Assembly (NCBI GenBank): GCA_041659445.1
Contig: JBAZYG010000002.1
Span: 120,001 to 152,000, forward strand
DNA length: 32,000 nucleotides
Origin: Candidatus Saccharimonadota bacterium
GTDB lineage: Archaea > Nanobdellota > Nanobdellia > Pacearchaeales > GW2011-AR1
Direction of reading: 5' to 3'
Below, piece after piece: positions 22,516 through 29,583 of the stretch. Under the pieces are notes generated by a model. The model saw only the letters and a list, made by a program, of their open reading frames with translations, was not told where the DNA came from and made no database searches. A program made the position numbers and the translations under genes. Every line of letters starts with the position of its first letter. The stretch's first letter is position 1.

Positions 22516-24141
22516 TTATTTTTTTGAAGAATTCCATTCATCTATTTTTTGATAAAATAATGTTTTTAATTTCTTTATATCTCCTCCTGATTCTGAATAA
22601 GCAGACTCAAAAATTAAGAAGATATTTTCTAAAATATCCCAATCCTTTTTCTTATACCTTTCCTTGATTTTCTTATCGACATAAATTACCGAAGAATTAT
22701 CTTTTTGCTTAGAAATACTTAGAGGAGTATTCTTAATCAAATCTAATTTTTCTGTATTAGAGTCTTCCTCTATTTCTTTAAAAACAACTTTACTAGATTC
22801 TAAAATATTTTTTTGATTATTATTTTTATTCTCTTTTTTCTTCTTGTTTCTTTCCTCTTTTCCCCATTTGTACAATCCCAAAGTCATCTTTGCAAATATC
22901 TCTTCTGCTAGAAGTTTATGTAAGTAGTTTTGCAATGCTAAAAAATGGGGGTGAGTTTCTCTGAAAGATTTTCTGTCAATATTCATAGCGGCTTCCAATC
23001 CTTCTTCAATGTACACTTCACCAGAAATCCAATTTCGAAGAATCTGATTCGTATAAGTTGGATAAGATAATAATGAACTATCAAAACCAAATCTTGGTGC
23101 AACAGGGACATTCTTTATTCTTATCGCAACTCCATTTAATTCTCTAGGAAATATGGTGGTGTTTTGAGCATAAAAATATCCTTTAAATTTAATCATTTCA
23201 TCATTAATCTTTATTTTTTCTGCAAAAGAGATAAGATCAAATTTAACACCTTCTCTTTTTGGAAAGAAAATTGGTTTTTTTAGAAATATTCCGTCTAAAT
23301 CAACTTTAAAATTGAATTTTGTATGCATTTCTTTTATTTCTTCAATAATCTTATTTTTAATGCTCTCAACAGGACCTTCTTTAATATATTCAACAGGAAT
23401 ATATGAAGCCAAATCAATTATAAATTGTATATATGCATTATCCTCTTTAAAAGTTCTAAGCTTTGTTTTATAATGATGCTCGAGTAAATCACGCATATCT
23501 TTAAAATAATTTAAGGCAAAATCTTTATTCCTTTTCTTAGCTAATTCTGAGAAATATTGTCTATCATTAAGTAAATCTCTTACAGTATTTTTTAATCCAA
23601 CCAATCTTATTATTGTATAATGTTCATTTTTATCTTCATCAGAATTAATCAATTCATAAGATCCTTTGATTATTCCCCCATCTACTTCTATATTCTTTTC
23701 CCTAAATTCCTTGAAATTTATCTTTGCAGTAAATTTTATTGATTCATCTTTCTTTGTTGAGATTATCTCGAGTTCATCACAAATCTCATTAACTGCTATA
23801 AAGCCTATACCAATTTTACCAATTAAGGGTCTATTCGATTTGGAATATAATCCTTTATTTCTTTTATTAGATTTACTTATCCATGCAAAATTTTCGTCAA
23901 ATTCTAAGGCATTCATTCCTTCGCCATCATCAATTATAGTTATAATATCCTGAATAGGTTTTATTCTAATTGTAACTAGTTTAGCATCGGCATCAAAAGA
24001 ATTATTTATTAATTCTTTAATACAACTAGCCGGAGAACTATAAATTCCGGAACTTAAATCATCAATTATTTTTGCATGAACTTTTATATTTCCAGATTGA
24101 GATATATCCTTTTCTAAAGTTATTTTCTTTTCTTCAACCAT
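22516..24141 (-). CDS. GHKL (Bergerat-fold, HATPase_c_3 / MORC-MutL-Hsp90-like) ATPase
   Basis: N-box ELINNSFDADA, G1 box DDGEGM, G2 box GKIGIGFIAVNE in the first ~120 aa. The ~400-aa C-terminal region is unassigned. The gene overlaps the MTase stop by 8 nt. Confidence 0.75.
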   Translation of the reverse strand: MVEEKKITLEKDISQSGNIKVHAKIIDDLSSGIYSSPASCIKELINNSFDADAKLVTIRIKPIQDIITIIDDGEGMNALEFDENFAWISKSNKRNKGLYSKSNRPLIGKIGIGFIAVNEICDELEIISTKKDESIKFTAKINFKEFREKNIEVDGGIIKGSYELINSDEDKNEHYTIIRLVGLKNTVRDLLNDRQYFSELAKKRNKDFALNYFKDMRDLLEHHYKTKLRTFKEDNAYIQFIIDLASYIPVEYIKEGPVESIKNKIIEEIKEMHTKFNFKVDLDGIFLKKPIFFPKREGVKFDLISFAEKIKINDEMIKFKGYFYAQNTTIFPRELNGVAIRIKNVPVAPRFGFDSSLLSYPTYTNQILRNWISGEVYIEEGLEAAMNIDRKSFRETHPHFLALQNYLHKLLAEEIFAKMTLGLYKWGKEERNKKKKENKNNNQKNILESSKVVFKEIEEDSNTEKLDLIKNTPLSISKQKDNSSVIYVDKKIKERYKKKDWDILENIFLIFESAYSESGGDIKKLKTLFYQKIDEWNSSKK

Positions 24142-24967
24142 TTTTTAGTCTTTTAATTCCAAAAGAAACATACTTTTTATCTATTTCTATTCCCACGGAT
24201 TTTCTTCCTAAATCTTTTGCTGCCTTATTTGTTGTAAATGTTCCAGCATAGCAATCTAAAACAATGTCGCCTTTATTGCTACTTGCTTTTACAAAAACTT
24301 TTAATAATGGGAGAGGCAATTGACAAGGATGTTTTTCTTCTCTATCTTTTGAGACATTTTTTAACAAATTAAAATTTAAAAAATCAGGCATTTTTTCTTT
24401 AAAGATTTCAAATAAATCTTTTCCTTCTAAGCCATCATAAGGGGTTCTTCCTTTTTTCCCTTGTTCGATTAACTTTTTTATTTTTCCTACATCTGGATTT
24501 TTATAAGGTTGTAAGATAGCATCTTTATTGAATGTATTCTTCATAGTTTTTGTATAAAACAAAATTGATCTCTGAGTTCTTGTATAATTTGTTTTTGAAT
24601 GGCCTATATTGGAGGGATAATGCCAGGTTATCCATCTTCGAAATATCAATCCAGTTTTGTCAAGCATGGGCATACAATAAGCATTTACTTCTGGATAATT
24701 TATTAAATATAAACTTCCATCATCAGTGAGAATACGTGCCATTTCTCTTAATCTTTCTTCTAATTCTTTAAAATATTGATTCCACTTTTTTTTATCATTA
24801 TATTCATTATACTTCAATCCAATGTTATAAGGAGGATCTGTAATTATTAGTTTAACTGAATTATCAGGAATTTGTTTTAAAACTTCTAAACAATCTGCAT
24901 TAAATAAATAATGATTCCCGTTAATAATTTTGGCTTTTGGTTTAATTTTTCCTAAAAAACTTATCAT
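24134..24967 (-). CDS. Beta-class (N6-adenine or N4-cytosine) DNA methyltransferase
   Basis: Motif IV IITDPPYNIG lies N-terminal, with HPCQLPLPLL and motif I VLDCYAGTFTT C-terminal. This circular permutation is typical of beta-class amino-MTases. Confidence 0.8.
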   Translation of the reverse strand: MISFLGKIKPKAKIINGNHYLFNADCLEVLKQIPDNSVKLIITDPPYNIGLKYNEYNDKKKWNQYFKELEERLREMARILTDDGSLYLINYPEVNAYCMPMLDKTGLIFRRWITWHYPSNIGHSKTNYTRTQRSILFYTKTMKNTFNKDAILQPYKNPDVGKIKKLIEQGKKGRTPYDGLEGKDLFEIFKEKMPDFLNFNLLKNVSKDREEKHPCQLPLPLLKVFVKASSNKGDIVLDCYAGTFTTNKAAKDLGRKSVGIEIDKKYVSFGIKRLKNG

Positions 24968-24990
24968 ATTTTTAGAGTATCTATCTTTTA

Positions 24991-24998
24991 TTTTATAA
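24991..24998 (-). promoter_or_regulatory. TATA box (ttataaaa on the minus strand), 23 nt from the MTase ATG; dedicated promoter of the three-gene operon
   Basis: The minus strand reads tgTTATAAAAtaaaagatagatactctaaaaatATG. Confidence 0.4.
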
Positions 24999-25063
24999 CA
25001 TGTCTAGGTAAAATTTATTTAAATAAATTCGTGATACCTTTATAGTGATCAAAAATCATTCAT

Positions 25064-25768
25064 TCACGCTTCAAACTCAAAATCTTTCTTTGATTCAACA
25101 CTATCAATCTTTGAATGTCGAATTATTTTCCCTTTTCGTGTTGATTCTTCTCTAATTTTAGCATAATCCTCGCTGTTCTTTAAATTTGCAGGAACATTTA
25201 TTGATTCAATTACAAAATCATGTTTTATTTCAGCTTCTTTAAAATCATTTTTTTCAAACACAAAACTTTTTCCAATATTTTCATCTTCTGTTATTAACTT
25301 GCAAAAATCTGGTTTAACGTCTTTATCTCCTTTTCCTGGTTTTCCTGATTTCGGAGCTTTTGGTTTTATTTTTAAAGTATAATTCTCAAATGAAAGACTC
25401 AATGCAAAAAAATTCTTTGGAAATTTGTTCAGCAATCTTAAAATTTCTTCTCCAGACATTTCTTTGTCAATAGAATAATTTTTTACACCTTGAAATTGTG
25501 AAACTTTAACAAATTCAATTTCGCTTTTCAAATCATTTGTGGAAATTATTGAACCTGTTATTTTTGTTTTTGCTTTTCCAAGTTTTTCAGCAAGAATTCT
25601 TACAAATTCATTTGCAAATTCCGCACTTGTATTTATTGTGAATTTATTTTTTACTTTTTTAACAGAAACTACAGCCCTGTCTTTGAATTCTCCTTTAGAA
25701 AATTTTTGAAATTGTAAATGCACAAGATTATCTATTTTTTTATCAACTATCTTTTTTATGAAATTCAT
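25064..25768 (-). CDS. Hypothetical protein (two domains joined by a Lys/Pro/Gly-rich linker)
   Basis: 234-aa ORF with a TATA box 22 nt from its ATG. The linker is KPKAPKSGKPGKGDKDVKPD. No family recognised. Confidence 0.45.
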   Translation of the reverse strand: MNFIKKIVDKKIDNLVHLQFQKFSKGEFKDRAVVSVKKVKNKFTINTSAEFANEFVRILAEKLGKAKTKITGSIISTNDLKSEIEFVKVSQFQGVKNYSIDKEMSGEEILRLLNKFPKNFFALSLSFENYTLKIKPKAPKSGKPGKGDKDVKPDFCKLITEDENIGKSFVFEKNDFKEAEIKHDFVIESINVPANLKNSEDYAKIREESTRKGKIIRHSKIDSVESKKDFEFEA

Positions 25769-25790
25769 ATTAAGAATTAAATTGTTCTGC

Positions 25791-25798
25791 TTATAAAT
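25791..25798 (-). promoter_or_regulatory. TATA box, 22 nt from the ATG at 25768
   Basis: ttataaat on the + strand. Confidence 0.4.
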
Positions 25799-25814
25799 CT
25801 TATTGTTAAAAACC

Positions 25815-25822
25815 TTTATAAG
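25815..25822 (+). promoter_or_regulatory. TATA box (tttataag), 30 nt upstream of the ATG at 25853, with a GAGG SD in a short leader
   Basis: aaaaacctttataag ... aatGAGGaaaaaATG. Confidence 0.35.
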
Positions 25823-25852
25823 TTAGAATTTTCTTTATTTAATGAGGAAAAA

Positions 25853-26893
25853 ATGGGTGAAGAAGATATCAATTATTTAAATAAATTTGGATCAACAATT
25901 ATATTAATTGTTCTCTTAGTATTATCTTTTTTCTTGTTAAAATCAATTTTAATGTCTGTTTTATTGGGTTTGCTTTTGGCTTTTGTTTCTGCACCTGCTT
26001 TTATTTATCTTAATAAATGGGTCAAATCCAAAAATTTACTTGCTCTTTTGATTTGCTTGATTTTTGCAGCAATAATAATTATCCCCATTTGGTTTTTGAC
26101 ACCAGTTTTACTTAGGGAAACAATGGATTTATTCACAAAATCTCAAACAATTGATTTTGTAACTCCTTTAAAAAATGTCTTTCCCCAATTATTTGCAACT
26201 GAATCTTTTAGTAATGAAGTTTCTTCTGTAATTTATTCTTTCATAACAAAAATAACCAATTCAGCGATGAATATGGTTTCAAACATGATTCTTAATCTTC
26301 CTACATTAATACTTCAATTATTAGTTGTTATTTTTGTATTCTTTTTCACATTAAGAGATCATGAAAAATTCCTTGATTACATTAGAAGCATACTTCCTTT
26401 TTCGAAAGATGTTGAAAAAAAATTATTTAAATCATCAAAAGACATAACGTTCTCGGTTTTATATGGGCAAATAGTTCTTGGAATTATTCAAGGTGTTGTT
26501 GCAGGAATTGGATTTTTTATAGTCGGAATTGATAACTCGTTGTTCTTATCATTGCTTGCAATTTTAGCAGGAATACTTCCTATAATCGGAACTGCTGTGG
26601 TTTGGGTTCCTGTAGCAGTTATATTATTGGTTAAAGGACAAATCTGGCCGACAGTCGTTGTTGCAATTTTTGGAAGTTTAAGTTTCTTAATTGAAAATGC
26701 GTTCAAACCTATATTCATTGCAAAAAGAACAAACGTTCATTCAGCGATAATTTTACTTGGAATGATTGGAGGACTTTTCTTCTTAGGAATCTTAGGAATA
26801 ATAATTGGGCCTTTAATTTTAGCTTATTTGTTAATAATCTTAGAAGCATATCGAAATAAAAAAGTTCCTGGAATAATTGAACCGCAAAGTTAA
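25853..26893 (+). CDS. AI-2E family transporter (PerM / UPF0118) membrane protein
   Basis: 346 aa, ~8 TM helices, family-typical block GIIQGVVAGIGFFIVGIDNSLFLSLLAILAGILPIIGTAVVWVPVAVILL. Confidence 0.7.
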   Translation: MGEEDINYLNKFGSTIILIVLLVLSFFLLKSILMSVLLGLLLAFVSAPAFIYLNKWVKSKNLLALLICLIFAAIIIIPIWFLTPVLLRETMDLFTKSQTIDFVTPLKNVFPQLFATESFSNEVSSVIYSFITKITNSAMNMVSNMILNLPTLILQLLVVIFVFFFTLRDHEKFLDYIRSILPFSKDVEKKLFKSSKDITFSVLYGQIVLGIIQGVVAGIGFFIVGIDNSLFLSLLAILAGILPIIGTAVVWVPVAVILLVKGQIWPTVVVAIFGSLSFLIENAFKPIFIAKRTNVHSAIILLGMIGGLFFLGILGIIIGPLILAYLLIILEAYRNKKVPGIIEPQS

Positions 26894-26902
26894 ATGAATA
26901 AA

Positions 26903-26910
26903 TATAAAAA
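26903..26910 (+). promoter_or_regulatory. TATA box (tataaaaa), 21 nt upstream of the ATG at 26932
   Basis: The gap 26911-26931 is 21 nt. Confidence 0.4.
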
Positions 26911-26931
26911 TAAAATTTTCTATATTATAAA

Positions 26932-28425
26932 ATGGAATTAAAAGTAAGTTCTGAAAAGTGGTCTGCAGGATTGCCCGTTGTCATTATCGAGAAATCAACT
27001 GCAGAGAAATTAGGAATTCATACTAAAGAAAGAATTTCATTAAGAAAGGTTAGAAAAAATTCAACTTATGAAAAAGAATTTTTTTCAATAGTAGATATTG
27101 TAGAAAAACAAATTTCTCCGAATGAAATTATTTTATCTGAAGAAATAAAAAATATTCTGAATATTCACACTGGAGATAAAGTAGATATAAATCTTTCTTT
27201 GCCTTCTAAAAGTTTAAATTTTATAAAAGAAAAATTAAATGGAAAAAGATTGACAGAATCTCAAATGAAACAAATTATTCAAGATGTTGTAAATAATTCT
27301 TTATCAGAAACAGAAATTGCATTATTTGTTTCTGGAATGTATAGAAACGGAATGGTTTTTGAAGAAACAATTTCATTGATAAAAGCTATTTTAAATTGTG
27401 GGGAAAGAATCTCTTTTAAAGGAAAATTAGTTGTTGACAAACATTCTATCGGCGGAGTTGCAGGAAATAGGACAACACCTATAGTTGTTTCAATTTGTGC
27501 TTCGCAAGGTTTGATAATGCCAAAGAGTTCATCTAGGGCAATTACTAGTGCAGCAGGAACAGCAGATGTTATTGAGACATTAGCAAGAGTAGATTTTAAT
27601 ATTAATGAATTAAAAAAAATTGTTAAAAAAACAAATGCTTCAATGATTTGGGGAGGAGGATTAGAACTAGTTCCAGCAGATTCAAAAATAATTACAATTG
27701 AAAAACAATTAAATATTGATCCTGAAGCCCAGTTATTAGCGTCGATAATGTCTAAAAAATTAGCAGTTGGAAGTAAATATATTTTAATTGATATTCCTTA
27801 TGGAAAAACTGCAAAAGTTTCAAAATCTCGAGCTTTAAATTTAAAAGAAAAGTTTGAAAGAATTGGAAAATATTTTCATTTAAAATTAAAAGTTGTTTTA
27901 ACAGACGGCTCTCAACCAATTGGAAATGGAATTGGTCCTGCTCTTGAAATGATTGATGTATTGAAAGTGTTGAATCAAGATGAATCTCGTCCAAAAGATT
28001 TAGAAAAAAAAGCATTGTTCTTAGCTGGAGAAATTCTTGAAATGTCTGGAAAATCAAAAAAAGGTAATGGAATTAAATTAGCAGAATCAGTTTTAAAATC
28101 TGGTCAAGCATTTAAAAAATTTAAAGAAATTATTCTCGCTCAAGATGGAAAAATGAAAGATTTAAGTAGGAGTTTTAAATTTTCAAAAAACATTTTGTCG
28201 AATAAAAATTGTAAAATTAAAGAAATCGATAATATAAAAATAAGTAATCTTGCAAGAGAAGCAGGATGTCCTTCTGATAAATTTTCAGGACTTTATATTC
28301 ATGTTAAAAAAGGTGATAAAATAAAAAAAGGTGACAAACTTATAACAATTTATTCAGAATCAAAACCTAGATTAAAAGAAGCAGTAAAATTCTACGAACA
28401 AAAGAATCCTTTTGTATTTTCTTAA
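26932..28425 (+). CDS. deoA: AMP phosphorylase / thymidine-phosphorylase-family protein (archaeal DeoA type)
   Basis: 497 aa with an N-terminal extension domain plus DKHSIGGVAGNRTTPIVVSICASQGLIMPKSSSRAITSAAGTADVIE and GNGIGPALE blocks of the pyrimidine-nucleoside phosphorylase family. The ~500-aa length matches the AMPpase subgroup. Confidence 0.8.
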   Translation: MELKVSSEKWSAGLPVVIIEKSTAEKLGIHTKERISLRKVRKNSTYEKEFFSIVDIVEKQISPNEIILSEEIKNILNIHTGDKVDINLSLPSKSLNFIKEKLNGKRLTESQMKQIIQDVVNNSLSETEIALFVSGMYRNGMVFEETISLIKAILNCGERISFKGKLVVDKHSIGGVAGNRTTPIVVSICASQGLIMPKSSSRAITSAAGTADVIETLARVDFNINELKKIVKKTNASMIWGGGLELVPADSKIITIEKQLNIDPEAQLLASIMSKKLAVGSKYILIDIPYGKTAKVSKSRALNLKEKFERIGKYFHLKLKVVLTDGSQPIGNGIGPALEMIDVLKVLNQDESRPKDLEKKALFLAGEILEMSGKSKKGNGIKLAESVLKSGQAFKKFKEIILAQDGKMKDLSRSFKFSKNILSNKNCKIKEIDNIKISNLAREAGCPSDKFSGLYIHVKKGDKIKKGDKLITIYSESKPRLKEAVKFYEQKNPFVFS

Positions 28426-28434
28426 ATCTAAAAT

Positions 28435-28442
28435 TTTTTAAA
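28435..28442 (+). promoter_or_regulatory. TATA box, 21 nt upstream of the ATG at 28464
   Basis: tttttaaa; the gap 28443-28463 is 21 nt. Confidence 0.4.
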
Positions 28443-28463
28443 CCCTCTTTGCTTAATTTTCCT

Positions 28464-28742
28464 ATGAGAACAGAAGAACAAAACAGACAACTTGCAGAAT
28501 ATTTCAAAAGAAATCTTAAAAAAGGTTATACAGAAGAATCTTTAAAATTCGCTTTAATGAGGCAAGGATACTCTCGAACTGCAGTTGAACAAGCAATCGA
28601 GCAAGCACACAAGGAGTTATCAGAAAAAGCACCACTTTTTAAAGAAAAACCAATGATAAATTATGAAGTTGTTGATGAAAAAAACCAACCTGTTAAACTT
28701 AAAAAATCCTTTTTTAAAAAGATTAAAGACTGGCTTTGGTGA
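28464..28742 (+). CDS. Hypothetical small protein
   Basis: 92 aa from MRTEEQNRQLAEYFK. The track start at 28449 is a TTG, and the ATG at 28464 obeys the 21-nt TATA rule. Confidence 0.4.
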   Translation: MRTEEQNRQLAEYFKRNLKKGYTEESLKFALMRQGYSRTAVEQAIEQAHKELSEKAPLFKEKPMINYEVVDEKNQPVKLKKSFFKKIKDWLW

Positions 28743-28751
28743 ATCGAAATC

Positions 28752-28759
28752 TTTAAAAC
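28752..28759 (+). promoter_or_regulatory. TATA box (tttaaaac), 25 nt upstream of tRNA-Ser
   Basis: Spacing is appropriate for a TSS a few nt before the mature 5' end. Confidence 0.4.
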
Positions 28760-28784
28760 TCTAGTGAATTCTTATTAATTGTAC

Positions 28785-28864
28785 GCCTCCGTCGCATAAT
28801 GGTATTGCACTCGGCTTGAGACCGAGGCCCTTTGGGCTCCGAGGTTCGATTCCTCGCGGGGGCG
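28785..28864 (+). tRNA. tRNA-Ser (anticodon UGA), class II with a long variable arm, no encoded CCA, no intron
   Basis: Hand-folded. The acceptor is GCCUCCG/CGGGGGC (one G-U). The D arm is GCAU-AAUGGUA-UUGC. The anticodon stem is CUCGG/CCGAG with loop CUUGAGA. The variable arm is GCCC-UUU-GGGC, and the T arm is CGAGG-UUCGAUU-CCUCG. The discriminator is G, followed by TTTTT. Confidence 0.85.
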
Positions 28865-28878
28865 TTTTTGATTTTAGT

Positions 28879-28886
28879 TTTTTAAA
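28879..28886 (+). promoter_or_regulatory. TATA box, 22 nt upstream of the ATG at 28909
   Basis: tttttaaa. Confidence 0.4.
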
Positions 28887-28908
28887 CTCTGAATTCTTAT
28901 ATTTTGTT

Positions 28909-29583
28909 ATGAGAAAACAAAAAATAATTAATATTTTAGTTTTAATAATCTTTATTTTGATTGTTGTTTGGATTGTGTCGTCTTATATATCTAACGGTAT
29001 AATTTATAAAATTATTAATTTAGATTCAGAATACATTGTAAATATCCTTGGGCCATACAAAGCATGGGCGTTTGTGATTTATTTTTTAGTAATGGTTTGT
29101 GAAGTAATTTTTGCACCAATTCATCCTTTTCCTTTTTACGTCGCTGGTTCAATTTTATTTGGTCCTTTTATTGCAGGGGTTTTAGCATGTTTAGGTGGTG
29201 CTGTTGGAGGAGCAATAGCATTTAAAATTGCAAAAAAATGGGGAAGAAGATATGTTGAACGAATTTTTTCAAAGGAAAAAATAGAAAAGTTTGATAATTT
29301 TTCAAAAAAACGTGGAGGAATTTCAATTTTTCTTTTAAGATTAAATCCTTTGACATCAACAGATGCATGGAGTTATATTGCAGGAGTTTCAAAAGTTTCT
29401 TTTTGGAGTTTTATGATTTGGACTTTTTTAGGATTGATTCCGTCGACATTTTTGCAAACATATTTGGGAATTCCAATAAAAAATAATCCTTGGTTGTTCA
29501 AGATTTTCATGGCAATTGTAATTTTATATTTAATTGTTGCATTATTTTTAATTTTTTATTCGAGCAAGAAAAATTCTAAATAA
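28909..29583 (+). CDS. TVP38/TMEM64 (DedA/SNARE-associated superfamily) membrane protein
   Basis: 224 aa from MRKQKIINIL; the track ORF start at 28816 lies inside the tRNA. Family-like blocks are APIHPFPFYVAGSILFGPFIAG and RLNPLTSTDAWSYIAGVSKVSFWSF. Confidence 0.6.
   Translation: MRKQKIINILVLIIFILIVVWIVSSYISNGIIYKIINLDSEYIVNILGPYKAWAFVIYFLVMVCEVIFAPIHPFPFYVAGSILFGPFIAGVLACLGGAVGGAIAFKIAKKWGRRYVERIFSKEKIEKFDNFSKKRGGISIFLLRLNPLTSTDAWSYIAGVSKVSFWSFMIWTFLGLIPSTFLQTYLGIPIKNNPWLFKIFMAIVILYLIVALFLIFYSSKKNSK

Noticed and set aside
21567-25063. MTase-GHKL-orphan trio as a discrete mobile island.
   Set aside because: I found no integrase or transposase, no flanking direct or inverted repeats and no adjacent tRNA. 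Its composition looks like the rest of the window, so I report it as an operon rather than a mobile element.
11832-29583. Long N-terminal versions of track ORFs: L6 from 12413, S8 from 12926, ORF d from 13236, trio gene 3 from 22541, small ORF from 28449, TVP38 from 28816, last ORF from 31878.
   Set aside because: Several begin at TTG rather than ATG. Others overlap the upstream gene by 26-105 nt, or overlap the tRNA. Internal ATGs give normal protein lengths and restore the stereotyped TAAAATG junction or the 21-22-nt TATA spacing.
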